The notes beneath the pieces are model-generated. The model did not search any database and was not told the origin of the DNA. It saw only the letters and a list, made by a program, of their open reading frames with translations. From Chitinophagales bacterium (GTDB lineage Bacteria; Bacteroidota; Bacteroidia; Chitinophagales; LD1): a stretch of DNA of 51,887 bases. The position numbers and the translations under genes were made by a program. The number at the start of each line of letters is the position of its first letter. Positions within the stretch are counted from its first letter, which is position 1. The stretch is from assembly GCA_044360745.1 (NCBI GenBank), contig JBIKJU010000001.1:1-51887 (forward strand), read 5' to 3'. Positions 1-9,703 of the stretch are shown piece after piece.

Positions 1-632
1 TTAGCAAATCGAGATAAATGGCCAGTCCTTAGATTTAAAGAGGGTTGTATCATATTCATGAGCGAAGATTTACCTACTCCAGAATGACCAAAAACTAAAC
101 TAGTTTTATGTTTCATAGCGTCTCTTAGCAAGTCTATACCTACATTTTGAGTAGTAGAAGTTGATATAATCTTATACCCAATTTGAGAATATACAGATGC
201 CATATTCCCTTGTTTATTCTTTCCTTTTACATCAAGTAAATCTATTTTATTAAATACGATTACAGTTGGTATACGATAAGCCTCCGCAGCCATCAAAAAT
301 CGATCAATAAATCCAGAGGATGTTCGGGGAGCATCTAAAGTAGCTATCAAAATACATTGGTCTATGTTTGCAGCTATTACATGCCTAGCTCCCTTGTGTT
401 TTGGTGATGTGCGAACTATATAATTTTTTCTATCACAAACCTCTACTATCATCCAATCGTTTGTTTGTGCATCTTGTTCCAATACTACTTTATCTCCAAC
501 AGCTACTGGATTTGTATCTTTAGTTTCATCTAATCGTATCACTCCTTTTAGTCTAGCTGAAATAAGTTCATGACCTTCTATAAATATTTCATACCAACTT
601 CCAGTTGATTTTCTTACTATACCAGTTATCAT
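1..632 (-). CDS. rsgA: Ribosome small-subunit-dependent GTPase RsgA/YjeQ, N-terminal ~210 aa (3' end runs off the left window edge)
   Basis: Absent from the ORF track because no stop lies in the window. My translation from ATG 632-630 reads MITGIVRKSTGSWYEIF... It has an OB-like N-terminus followed by the circularly permuted GTPase order: NKIDL (G4) before GHSGVGKSSL (G1). The frame is still open at position 1. The start overlaps the upstream stop as ATGA (629-632). Confidence 0.85.
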   Translation of the reverse strand, partial: MITGIVRKSTGSWYEIFIEGHELISARLKGVIRLDETKDTNPVAVGDKVVLEQDAQTNDWMIVEVCDRKNYIVRTSPKHKGARHVIAANIDQCILIATLDAPRTSSGFIDRFLMAAEAYRIPTVIVFNKIDLLDVKGKNKQGNMASVYSQIGYKIISTSTTQNVGIDLLRDAMKHKTSLVFGHSGVGKSSLMNMIQPSLNLRTGHLSRFA

Positions 633-1360
633 ATTTTACTTTTCACTGTATTACAAATTGATTTCAATAATAAGTAATTTTGCTCTAATGCATTACCAAT
701 GACTAAAACATCAGCTCCTGTCCTAGCCAAGATTAGCGCATCATCTTCGTTGCTTATACCCCCTCCTACTATCATTTTCATATCTACTTTATTTTTTATT
801 CTACTCACCCAATTAGGATTCAATGTCTTTTGCGCTCCACTTCCTGCCTCTAAATAAAGTGCTTTCATCCCCATGTATTGCGCTGCTATCGCTGTATTTT
901 CTAAAATTTCTATATCTGCAATAGGTAAAGTATTGCTCACCCTTGCTGTAGTAGATTGGCTACCTCCTTCTACCAAAAGATATGCTGTAGGTATCACAGG
1001 TAAATTTTCATATTTCAATATAGAAGCAGCTTTTATTTGTTGCTCAATAAGATACTCTGGATTGCGCCCACTCAGTAAACTCATAAAAAGTAAAGCATCT
1101 GCCTTGTTGTGTATTTGGTCTACATGACCTGGAAAAATAATCACAGGAATGGAAGATGACGATTTTAGAAAGTTTACAGTGAAATCCATTTGCTCTTTTG
1201 TAACAGTGCTTCCACCCACAAACCACCAATCTAAAAAACACGACTCACCCACTGCCACTATTTTTTCTAAAAAATCTATTGTAGCTTTTTCAGGATCTAT
1301 GAGTGCAGCTATTTGAGTAGATGCGCTCTGTTTAAAAAACGGCTCGTAATACAAGCTCAT
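629..1360 (-). CDS. Geranylgeranylglyceryl/heptaprenylglyceryl phosphate synthase family protein (GGGPS/PcrB-like TIM barrel)
   Basis: 243-aa ORF with ATG at 1360. Ordered family hallmarks: IDPEK, VGGS, IFPG, LLSGRNPEYLI, YLEAGSGA, VGGGI, GADVLVIGNA. Confidence 0.8.
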   Translation of the reverse strand: MSLYYEPFFKQSASTQIAALIDPEKATIDFLEKIVAVGESCFLDWWFVGGSTVTKEQMDFTVNFLKSSSSIPVIIFPGHVDQIHNKADALLFMSLLSGRNPEYLIEQQIKAASILKYENLPVIPTAYLLVEGGSQSTTARVSNTLPIADIEILENTAIAAQYMGMKALYLEAGSGAQKTLNPNWVSRIKNKVDMKMIVGGGISNEDDALILARTGADVLVIGNALEQNYLLLKSICNTVKSKI

Positions 1361-1546
1361 AGTCTGTTATTTTGTCTGCAATAAAACACTAAAAAGGCAT
1401 TTTCGCTCAAATTTAAAGCCCTTTTGTCAAAAAAATACATTTTATTAGTTTGGAATGACTCTTGAAGTCTAAAAATCAGCTTAAAAATATAATTTAGCAG
1501 ACTTTTTGAAGCATAAAAAAATTAAACTTAATATACACATACTCCA

Positions 1547-4500
1547 ATGGCAAATATTATTGAACGAGTTCTTACCTCTTTGTTTGGATCTAAAAACCAA
1601 CGTGAATTAAAAAAACTAGATAGCATTGTTTCTCAAATCAATGAAGAATATGCAAAGTTAACTTCTTTATCTAATGACCAACTTCGAGCAAAAACAGAAG
1701 AATTTAAAACTAGAATAAAAGAGTATCTTTCTGAATTTGATACTAAAAAAACCGAACTCAACGATCGTGCTGAAAACGAAGAGAACCTCCAACAAAAAGA
1801 TAACCTTTACAAAGAAATCGATGCTCTTTCGAAGGAGCGTGATCAACAACTTGAAGAAATTCTGAATGACATTTTACCTGAAGCATTTGCTGTAGTCAAA
1901 GAAACAGCAAGACGCTTTACAGAACATACAGAAATAGCAGCTTCTGCTACAGAATTAGACCGAACTTTATCTGTAAAAAATCCAAGTATACAAATCAAAG
2001 GCAGCTCGGTAGTATATCTCAATGAGTGGAAAGCTGCTGGTAATACTGTGAAATGGAATATGATTCATTATGATGTTCAGTTGATAGGTGGTATTATTTT
2101 GCATCAAGGAAAAATAGCTGAGATGGCTACTGGAGAAGGAAAAACTCTCGTGGCTACTTTACCAGCCTACCTCAATGCTTTGGCTGGAGAGGGAGTGAGT
2201 ATCGTTACTGTAAATGACTATTTGGCAAGACGTGACTCAGAATGGAATGCTCCAATCTTTAACTTTTTAGGGTTAAGAGTAGACTGCATAGACCTTTATC
2301 AACCTCATTCGTCTGAAAGAAAACACGCCTACAATGCAGATATCACTTATGGCACCAACAATGAGTTTGGATTTGATTATTTGAGAGATAACATGGTGAA
2401 TAATCCTGAAGAAATGGTGCAACGAAAACATCATTTCGCAATGGTAGATGAAGTAGACTCTGTATTGATAGATGATGCTAGGACGCCACTTATTATTTCA
2501 GGACAAGTAGCAAGCAATGATGAAAAACAATTTTTTGAATTAAAACCAAGGATTTCTAAACTCATAGAAACACAAAAGAAAGTTTGTAATCAATATCTTA
2601 TTGATGCAAAACGACTCATCAAAGAAGGCAGTACTGGAGTCAAAGAAGGTGAAGGTGGAATTGCACTTTACAGGTCGTTTAGAGGATTTCCTAAAAATAA
2701 TGCGCTTATTAAATTTTTGTCGGAACCTGGTGTAACTCAAGTGATGCGCGAGGCCGAAAATCATTTCCTAGCAGAGCAACAAAAAAATATGCCTCTAGCT
2801 GACAAAGAGCTTTATTTTACAATAGATGAAAAAAATAACTCTGTAGATTTGACTGACAAAGGCATAGAGCTTATCACTGGATCAGGTGAAGACCCTCACT
2901 TTTTTGTTGTACCAGATGTAGGAACTGCAGTAGCGCAAATTGAGAAATCAACTAATACTGCTGAAGAAAAACTACAAATGAAAGAGCAACTTATGAATGA
3001 GTTTGGCGAAAAATCAGAACGTATTCATACCGTACAACAGTTGCTTAAAGCATATACTCTTTTTGAAAAAGACATCCAATATGTAGTAATGGATGGCAAA
3101 GTGAAAATTGTAGATGAAAACACAGGCCGTATTTTAGATGGAAGACGATACTCTGATGGTTTGCATCAAGCTATAGAAGCTAAAGAGGCTGTAAAGATAG
3201 AAGCTGCTTCGCAAACTATGGCTACCATAACACTCCAAAACTATTTTAGAATGTTTCATAAGCTCTGCGGTATGACTGGTACAGCGATAACAGAAGCAGG
3301 CGAACTTTGGGATATTTACAAATTAGATGTATTTACTATTCCAACAAACAGACCTATCATAAGAGATGATAAAGAGGATTTGATTTATAAAACAAAGCGT
3401 GAAAAATATAACGCAATTATTGATGAAATTGGCCAACTTACAGCTGCAGGAAGGCCAGTGCTAGTAGGAACTACCAATGTGGAGGTCTCAGAGTTGTTGA
3501 GTAGAATGCTTACACTTCGAAAAATAAAACACAATGTACTTAATGCTAAACAACATCAGCGTGAGGCCGATATAGTTGAAAGTGCGGGTATGGATGGTGC
3601 TGTGACTATAGCTACTAACATGGCAGGTAGGGGTACTGACATTAAAATATCAGATAAAGTAAAAGCGGCTGGAGGTCTTGCCATCATTGGTTCTGAGCGC
3701 CATGACTCTAGACGTGTAGATAGACAGCTAAGAGGTAGAGCAGGACGACAAGGAGATCCGGGTTCATCGCAGTTCTACGTATCTCTCGAAGATGATTTGA
3801 TGCGCCTTTTCGGCTCTGAAAGAATATCTAAAGTGATGGATAAACTCGGCTACCAAGAAGGTGAAGTGATACAACATAGCATGATCACTAAATCAATAGA
3901 GCGTGCACAGAAAAAAGTGGAAGAAAATAACTTTGGAATCCGTAAACGATTGCTTGAATACGATGACGTGATGAATCGTCAAAGAGAAGTTATCTATGGA
4001 AAACGAAAACATGCATTGTTCGGAGAAAGACTTTCGCTTGATATTCAAAATGGTTTATATGATTTGTGTGATGAGATAGTCAACAATTACGCCCCTGTAA
4101 AAGATTATGAAGGATTTGACTTGGAGTTAGTGAAATACTTTGGTATCAATTCTACGATAGACAAAGATAGATTTCTAAAAGGTGATGTGGTTAACTTGAC
4201 CAACGAATTGTTTGATGAAGTGCTAGAGACATACGAAAAGAAAAGAGAGAGCGTAAAAGCTTCTACTATGCCTATTCTTCGCTCCATATTCAAAGAGAGA
4301 GGAGATATGATTAACCTCATTGCTATTCCTTTTTCAGACAATAAAAAAGGACTTAACATTTTAGTCCCTTTAAAGCAAATAGTAGAAACGGAGGGTAAAG
4401 ATATTTGGAAATACTTTGAAAAATCTGTTTCTCTAGCGATCATAGATGAGGCTTGGAAAGACCATTTGAGAATGATGGATGACCTCAAACATGAAGTACA

Positions 4501-4858
4501 AACTGCTCACTTTGAGCAAAAAGATCCATTGGTAATTTACAAAATAGAGTCATTTAATTTGTTTAAACGATTGATGTCTTTGGTGAATGGCGATATCGCT
4601 TCTTTCTTATTTAAAGCACAGTTACCTTCAAACGATCCTAATAGCAATCAAGTACGAGAAGGCCAACAACGCCAAACAGACATGAGCAAGCTACAAACAA
4701 ACAAAGAAGAAGTAGATGCTAATGGTAATCCTGGTGATGTGCCGTCAACACCAGAACGAAAACCACAGCCACTACGAGTTGGGCCTCAAATTGGAAGAAA
4801 TGACCCTTGTCCATGTGGAAGTGGCAAGAAGTTTAAACAGTGCCATGGAAGGGAGTAA
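1547..4858 (+). CDS. secA: Preprotein translocase ATPase SecA
   Basis: 1103 aa. Motifs: [51 protein letters not shown], and the C-terminal zinc motif [14 protein letters not shown]. Confidence 0.97.
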   Translation: MANIIERVLTSLFGSKNQRELKKLDSIVSQINEEYAKLTSLSNDQLRAKTEEFKTRIKEYLSEFDTKKTELNDRAENEENLQQKDNLYKEIDALSKERDQQLEEILNDILPEAFAVVKETARRFTEHTEIAASATELDRTLSVKNPSIQIKGSSVVYLNEWKAAGNTVKWNMIHYDVQLIGGIILHQGKIAEMATGEGKTLVATLPAYLNALAGEGVSIVTVNDYLARRDSEWNAPIFNFLGLRVDCIDLYQPHSSERKHAYNADITYGTNNEFGFDYLRDNMVNNPEEMVQRKHHFAMVDEVDSVLIDDARTPLIISGQVASNDEKQFFELKPRISKLIETQKKVCNQYLIDAKRLIKEGSTGVKEGEGGIALYRSFRGFPKNNALIKFLSEPGVTQVMREAENHFLAEQQKNMPLADKELYFTIDEKNNSVDLTDKGIELITGSGEDPHFFVVPDVGTAVAQIEKSTNTAEEKLQMKEQLMNEFGEKSERIHTVQQLLKAYTLFEKDIQYVVMDGKVKIVDENTGRILDGRRYSDGLHQAIEAKEAVKIEAASQTMATITLQNYFRMFHKLCGMTGTAITEAGELWDIYKLDVFTIPTNRPIIRDDKEDLIYKTKREKYNAIIDEIGQLTAAGRPVLVGTTNVEVSELLSRMLTLRKIKHNVLNAKQHQREADIVESAGMDGAVTIATNMAGRGTDIKISDKVKAAGGLAIIGSERHDSRRVDRQLRGRAGRQGDPGSSQFYVSLEDDLMRLFGSERISKVMDKLGYQEGEVIQHSMITKSIERAQKKVEENNFGIRKRLLEYDDVMNRQREVIYGKRKHALFGERLSLDIQNGLYDLCDEIVNNYAPVKDYEGFDLELVKYFGINSTIDKDRFLKGDVVNLTNELFDEVLETYEKKRESVKASTMPILRSIFKERGDMINLIAIPFSDNKKGLNILVPLKQIVETEGKDIWKYFEKSVSLAIIDEAWKDHLRMMDDLKHEVQTAHFEQKDPLVIYKIESFNLFKRLMSLVNGDIASFLFKAQLPSNDPNSNQVREGQQRQTDMSKLQTNKEEVDANGNPGDVPSTPERKPQPLRVGPQIGRNDPCPCGSGKKFKQCHGRE

Positions 4859-4894
4859 AAAGAAAGTACTATTTTCAGAATACCACTTTCTTTT
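4858..4894. terminator. Candidate bidirectional hairpin terminator between convergent secA and the thioesterase gene
   Basis: The 10-nt arm aaaagaaagt (4858-4867) pairs with actttctttt (4885-4894). An inner tatt/aata pairing is possible. T-rich sequence follows on both strands. The loop is rather large, so support is moderate only. Confidence 0.45.
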
Positions 4895-4915
4895 GTTTTA
4901 TATTTATAATATTGA

Positions 4916-5425
4916 TTAACTAAAGAGTTCTTTCAACTCTAGCGCCTCTGATGCTTTCATCCTACCTGCTAACACCAAACGTAGCTCTCTTCTTCTTTTT
5001 GCGCCTTCATATTGTTTTACTTCTTCTTCAGTTTCTGGTTGCAGTGGGTTTACTTTTTTGGGTTTTCCGTTACTATCTAAAGCTACAAATGTATAATAGG
5101 CTTCATTGCATCTGTAGCGTGTTTGTGTTGGAAGATTTTCAGCCCATACTTCAATATGTGTTTCGAGTGAGGTATTGAAAACCCGTGTTACTTTTGCCGT
5201 AATAGTGACTACATCACCCAACTTTATTGGGTTTTCGAAAGATACATTATCTACAGATGCAGTAACCACTACGGCATTGGCGTGTTTACCAGCAGCTATA
5301 GCCGATGCTATATCCATCCAGTGCAATATTTTTCCTCCTCTCAAATTATGAAGAGCGTTGGTATCATTTGGAAGTACGATTTCTGTCATAGTAATTACAG
5401 AATCCTTTGGCGTTTTATTTTGCAT
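4916..5425 (-). CDS. Acyl-CoA thioesterase, hotdog fold (YciA-like)
   Basis: The N-terminal LPNDTNALHNLRGGKILHWMD block is typical of YciA-type acyl-CoA hydrolases. The track start at 5446 is TTG, and I prefer ATG at 5425 (MQNKTPKDS...). Confidence 0.75.
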   Translation of the reverse strand: MQNKTPKDSVITMTEIVLPNDTNALHNLRGGKILHWMDIASAIAAGKHANAVVVTASVDNVSFENPIKLGDVVTITAKVTRVFNTSLETHIEVWAENLPTQTRYRCNEAYYTFVALDSNGKPKKVNPLQPETEEEVKQYEGAKRRRELRLVLAGRMKASEALELKELFS

Positions 5426-5446
5426 ATATTTTATTTTAAAAGTCAA

Positions 5447-7264
5447 TTACATTTTTTCTGGTACATCTATCCCCAATAGTTTCATGGCGTGTTTTATAGT
5501 ACGTGCAGTTTGTGCTGAAATACAAACCCGTGTGTTTCGATCTGTTGCACTAACAGTGTTGGAGAGTATCGGCAAATCGTTATAAAATTTATTGTACGTT
5601 TTTGCCAATGCATAAGCAAAATTAGCGATTTCAGATGGGTCGTATTTATCGCATGCACTTTGGAGTATTTCAGGATATTCATTGAGCAGCAAAATCAACT
5701 GACGCTCTGTTTCATGAAGACTAGATGAAGTTTCTATAGGCTGTATCTCTCTCTCTGCCTTGCGGATGATAGAACGAATACGAGCGTGTGTGTATTGAAT
5801 GAAAGGCCCTGTCTGTCCTTGAAAATCTATAGACTCCTCAGGATTAAATATTATTTTCTTGTATGGATTTACTCGAAGTATAAAAAACTTTAATGCTCCT
5901 AATCCGATAAGCTTATACAATGCCTTTGCTTCATCTTCCGTAAAGTCATCAATCTTGCCCAACTCCTTTGTTTTCTCTTCTGCTATGCGCAACACTTCTG
6001 CTATCATATCATCTGCATCAGCAGTTTTGCCTTCTCTAGATTTAAAGCGACCGGTAGGCGACTCTACTAGTGCATAAGAAAGATGATATATACCATCTGC
6101 CCATTTTTTACCCATTTGCTGAAGAATAAGCTTTAGTACCTTAAAGTGATAATCTTGTTCGTTTGCCACTACATAAATCATCCTATCCATTGCAAACTCC
6201 TTATAACGCTCGTTGGCAGTTCCCAAATCTTGGGTGATATAAATTGAAGTACCATCGCTTCTCAACAGCACTTTTTCATCTAGCCCTTGGGGTGAGAAAT
6301 CTATAGCAGTAGCACCATCGGCTCGTTTATAAAACAAACCCTTCTCAAGCCCTTCTTCTACGATTTCCTTTCCTAACTTATAGGTTTCACTTTCATAATA
6401 ATCCTTTTCAAAATCTACACCCAATAAATCAAATGTCTTTTTAAAACCATCGTACACCCAGCCGTTCATTTTACTCCACAACGCTATTGTTTCTTCATCC
6501 CCAGCTTCCCATTTTAGGAGAAGTTCCTTAGCCAACCCAAAAACTTTGGTCTCTTGCTCTGCTACCTCCCGTTCTTTTCCTATGCTCTTAAAAATATTTT
6601 CTCCATCAGGTACTCTATATACTTCTTTCAATTCACTTTCAACTAAACCACCAAACCTCACGTAATAATCGCCTACAAAATGGTCACCTTTTATGCCTGC
6701 GCTTTCTGGTGTAGCGCCATTGCCTGCTGTAATATATGCCGCCATAGACTTGCAAATAGCTATCCCTCTATCGTTATAGATATTGACTTTATGAAGTGGA
6801 TAGCCATTCACTTTCAAAATTTCGCCCATCGAATAACCAAGCATCATATTTCTTAGATGCCCTATGTGCAGGGGCTTATTGGTATTGGGTCCACAATATT
6901 CTAAAAGTACTTTTTCTGATTTAGCTGTAGGAGAAAAAATATCTTCAGAAAATTGCAAATCATTTAATCTATTAAGCCAAAAAGAGTCTGTAAAACTGAG
7001 ATTTAAAAAGCCTTTCACAACATTAAAACTTGCGAATAGCTCAGTTTTTTCTTTTAAATACTCTCCTAAAAGTTGAGCGGTTTTTTCTGGATTTTGTTTA
7101 GAAATTTTGATGAGTGGAAAAACCACTATAGTATAATCTCCCTCAAACTCTTTCACTGTTTGATTCACTACAATAGCATCTGCTGACACCCCTTCGTCAA
7201 ATAAAGTTTGAGCTGCTTTTAAGGCCTGCTCTTTCACAATTGCTGATACGGACATATTTTTCAT
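5447..7264 (-). CDS. argS: Arginine--tRNA ligase
   Basis: 605 aa. Class I HIGH motif in NKPLHIGHLRN, the length, and a C-terminal anticodon-binding region ending ...VPEKM fit ArgS. Confidence 0.95.
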   Translation of the reverse strand: MKNMSVSAIVKEQALKAAQTLFDEGVSADAIVVNQTVKEFEGDYTIVVFPLIKISKQNPEKTAQLLGEYLKEKTELFASFNVVKGFLNLSFTDSFWLNRLNDLQFSEDIFSPTAKSEKVLLEYCGPNTNKPLHIGHLRNMMLGYSMGEILKVNGYPLHKVNIYNDRGIAICKSMAAYITAGNGATPESAGIKGDHFVGDYYVRFGGLVESELKEVYRVPDGENIFKSIGKEREVAEQETKVFGLAKELLLKWEAGDEETIALWSKMNGWVYDGFKKTFDLLGVDFEKDYYESETYKLGKEIVEEGLEKGLFYKRADGATAIDFSPQGLDEKVLLRSDGTSIYITQDLGTANERYKEFAMDRMIYVVANEQDYHFKVLKLILQQMGKKWADGIYHLSYALVESPTGRFKSREGKTADADDMIAEVLRIAEEKTKELGKIDDFTEDEAKALYKLIGLGALKFFILRVNPYKKIIFNPEESIDFQGQTGPFIQYTHARIRSIIRKAEREIQPIETSSSLHETERQLILLLNEYPEILQSACDKYDPSEIANFAYALAKTYNKFYNDLPILSNTVSATDRNTRVCISAQTARTIKHAMKLLGIDVPEKM

Positions 7265-7400
7265 GCTTCAAACTTAATCATTTTTAAAATAGAATGGCAT
7301 TAGCCTTACTCTTTTGAATTGATTTTAAGATATTTTGATTTAACAAAAAGATAATACATTATTAGTTTCTTAATCAACTAAAAACTACTAAAATTGAGAA

Positions 7401-9632
7401 ATGAATATTTTACTTTTTATAGTAGGCGTATTGCTAGTTTTAGCAGTTATAGATTTAATAGTAGGAGTAAGTAACGATGCTGTAAATTTTCTAAATTCTG
7501 CTATAGGGAGCAAAGTAGCTTCATTCAAAACAATCATTATTATCGCTGCATGTGGGATAATTCTTGGCTCTTTGTTTTCTAATGGAATCATGGAGATAGC
7601 TCGAAAGGGCATTTTTAACCCTAGTTTTTTTACACTCGATGTGCTTTTGATGATCTTTTTAGCTGTAATGCTCACCGACATTTTACTCCTTGACATTTTC
7701 AATTCTTTGGGGCTTCCTACGTCCACCACAGTATCTATTGTTTTCGAACTGCTTGGTGCTGCTATCATAGCTGGAGTAATAGTTTCAATAGACAAAAGCA
7801 TGCCAGTAAAACTCAACAACTACATCAATGCCAGTAGTGTCATATCTATAGTTAGTAGTATTTTTCTTTCTATTTTACTAGCCTTTACGAGTGGTACTTT
7901 GGTACAATATCTCAGTAGGCTCTTGTTTACTTTCGATTATGAAAAAAAACTAAAGAAATATGGATCTCTCTTTGCTTCCATAGGATTGACATCCATCATT
8001 TATTTTTTACTCGTAAAAGGTTTGAAAGGATCATCATTAATATCTAAGGATTTTTTTAGTTACATCCAACAGCATACCTTTCTCATACTTTTGGGTGTTT
8101 GGTTATTGGCGTTAGTGAATATGCTCATCGCTCAATTTTTATTTAAAGTAAATCCTTTGAAAATTCTTGTATTGTCTGGCACATTTGCATTGGCTATGGC
8201 ATTTGCTGGCAATGACTTAGTCAATTTCATAGGTGTTCCTATCACTGGCTTCATCGCTTATACACAGTGGACCCAAAATCCAGTACCATTAAATGAATCT
8301 TATCAAACCTATCTGGCTGGCAATGATATTGTAGTACCCAACTATATGCTCTTGATTTCTGGTATCATTATGGCACTTACTATTTGGCTCAGTTCTAAAG
8401 CACGCAAAGTCACCGAAACTGAAGTTTCACTTGGTAGCGAAGGCAATGGAGAAGAGCATTTCCAACCCACAAACATTTCAAGAAGCATAGTAAAAACAAG
8501 TTTGCTGATTTCTAAAATTGCAAAATCTTTTTTCCCAGATTATCTAGCACAACGATATAATATTGGATTAAAAAAAGAGCGTTTGCGATCTGCTACTATC
8601 ATACATGATAGACCAGCTTTTGATTTAGTCAGAGCTTCTGTAAATTTGATGTTGGCAAGTTCGCTGATAGCTTTAGCCACCTCTTATAAATTGCCCCTAT
8701 CCACTACTTACGTTTCGTTTATGGTAGCTATGGGAGCATCTTTAGCCGACAAAGCTTGGGGCCGAGAATCAGCAGTGTATAGAGTTGCAGGGGTTTTGAG
8801 TGTCATTGGAGGTTGGTTTATCACAGCATTTATGGCATTTGGGGTTTCTGCTTTATTCGTTTTTATTTTATTAAAAGGCGGTACTTGGGGTATGGGTATA
8901 TTAATTTCCTTTGTGTCTGTTTTCATTGTATTCTCCCATCTTAATTTTAATTATAAAGAAAAGAAGAACGCAAAACAAAAAAGTCGGTTAGACTTATTGA
9001 GCTCAAATACTCTTGATGTTTTCAATGCTAATAAACTTTTTGTGGTAAATCACTTGAGTGAGACTAAATCGAATATAAATAAACTTTTCGATGATCTTAT
9101 AAACTATGACGAAAAAGAAGTTTCACAAGTTTTCGAACAAGTAAAAACAATGTCTAGCGATAGTATAAAATTGAGAGTAGAAAATGTGAAACTCATCAAA
9201 CGACTTTCAGAAAAAGACTTAAAAGAAGCTCAAATTCTTTTGCTATCCACAGATCTTCTTCATGATATGACTACATCTATGCTAACCATGACAGAGGAGG
9301 TTAACTATTACATTAAAAACCTACACGAGCAGTCCGACTTTGAATTTCTTGGTATTGTAGAAAGTCTAAAATACAAAGTTGACACCTTCTTGTCATTAGT
9401 CATTAAGTCTATCAAAAATGATGACTTCTCAGATTTTGAATTAATAAAACTGACTAGAGACGATGTACGTACCTTTGTGAATCAACAACTCGTAGCAGCT
9501 ATAAAAACTACGATAGAAAATGATATTTCTATAAAAGAAGCGATGCTTAAAACAACTATTCTACTTCAAACAAGAGATATATTAGCTGTAACTCTGAGAA
9601 TCATGAAAATGTATAAATCATTTGTAAAGTAG
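7401..9632 (+). CDS. PiT (PHO4) family inorganic phosphate transporter with a long helical, PhoU-like C-terminal extension
   Basis: Duplicated PiT signature: GVSNDAVNFLNSAIGS near the N-terminus and GNDLVNFIGVPITG mid-protein. Many TM segments to about residue 520, then about 220 aa of soluble, charged helical sequence. Confidence 0.8.
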   Translation: MNILLFIVGVLLVLAVIDLIVGVSNDAVNFLNSAIGSKVASFKTIIIIAACGIILGSLFSNGIMEIARKGIFNPSFFTLDVLLMIFLAVMLTDILLLDIFNSLGLPTSTTVSIVFELLGAAIIAGVIVSIDKSMPVKLNNYINASSVISIVSSIFLSILLAFTSGTLVQYLSRLLFTFDYEKKLKKYGSLFASIGLTSIIYFLLVKGLKGSSLISKDFFSYIQQHTFLILLGVWLLALVNMLIAQFLFKVNPLKILVLSGTFALAMAFAGNDLVNFIGVPITGFIAYTQWTQNPVPLNESYQTYLAGNDIVVPNYMLLISGIIMALTIWLSSKARKVTETEVSLGSEGNGEEHFQPTNISRSIVKTSLLISKIAKSFFPDYLAQRYNIGLKKERLRSATIIHDRPAFDLVRASVNLMLASSLIALATSYKLPLSTTYVSFMVAMGASLADKAWGRESAVYRVAGVLSVIGGWFITAFMAFGVSALFVFILLKGGTWGMGILISFVSVFIVFSHLNFNYKEKKNAKQKSRLDLLSSNTLDVFNANKLFVVNHLSETKSNINKLFDDLINYDEKEVSQVFEQVKTMSSDSIKLRVENVKLIKRLSEKDLKEAQILLLSTDLLHDMTTSMLTMTEEVNYYIKNLHEQSDFEFLGIVESLKYKVDTFLSLVIKSIKNDDFSDFELIKLTRDDVRTFVNQQLVAAIKTTIENDISIKEAMLKTTILLQTRDILAVTLRIMKMYKSFVK

Positions 9633-9703
9633 TAGTCTGATTTTATTTATTTCAAACATAATGATTGAAATAAGTAATAAATTCTATTTACAAAATATAT
9701 AAA

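Noticed and set aside
4105-4488. 127-aa minus-strand ORF inside secA (also 1667-1849 and 2540-2764).
   Set aside because: It is antisense to a highly conserved gene. No support beyond being open.
7388-7819. 143-aa minus-strand ORF overlapping the start of the phosphate transporter gene.
   Set aside because: It is entirely antisense to a well-supported PiT gene, has low-complexity Ser/Ile/Lys-rich composition and no motif. It is a typical shadow ORF in AT-rich DNA.
9648-9672. Hairpin tatttcaa-acataatga-ttgaaata between the convergent phosphate transporter and lipoprotein genes.
   Set aside because: It is an 8-bp, almost purely A/T stem, so predicted stability is too low to report as a terminator with any confidence.
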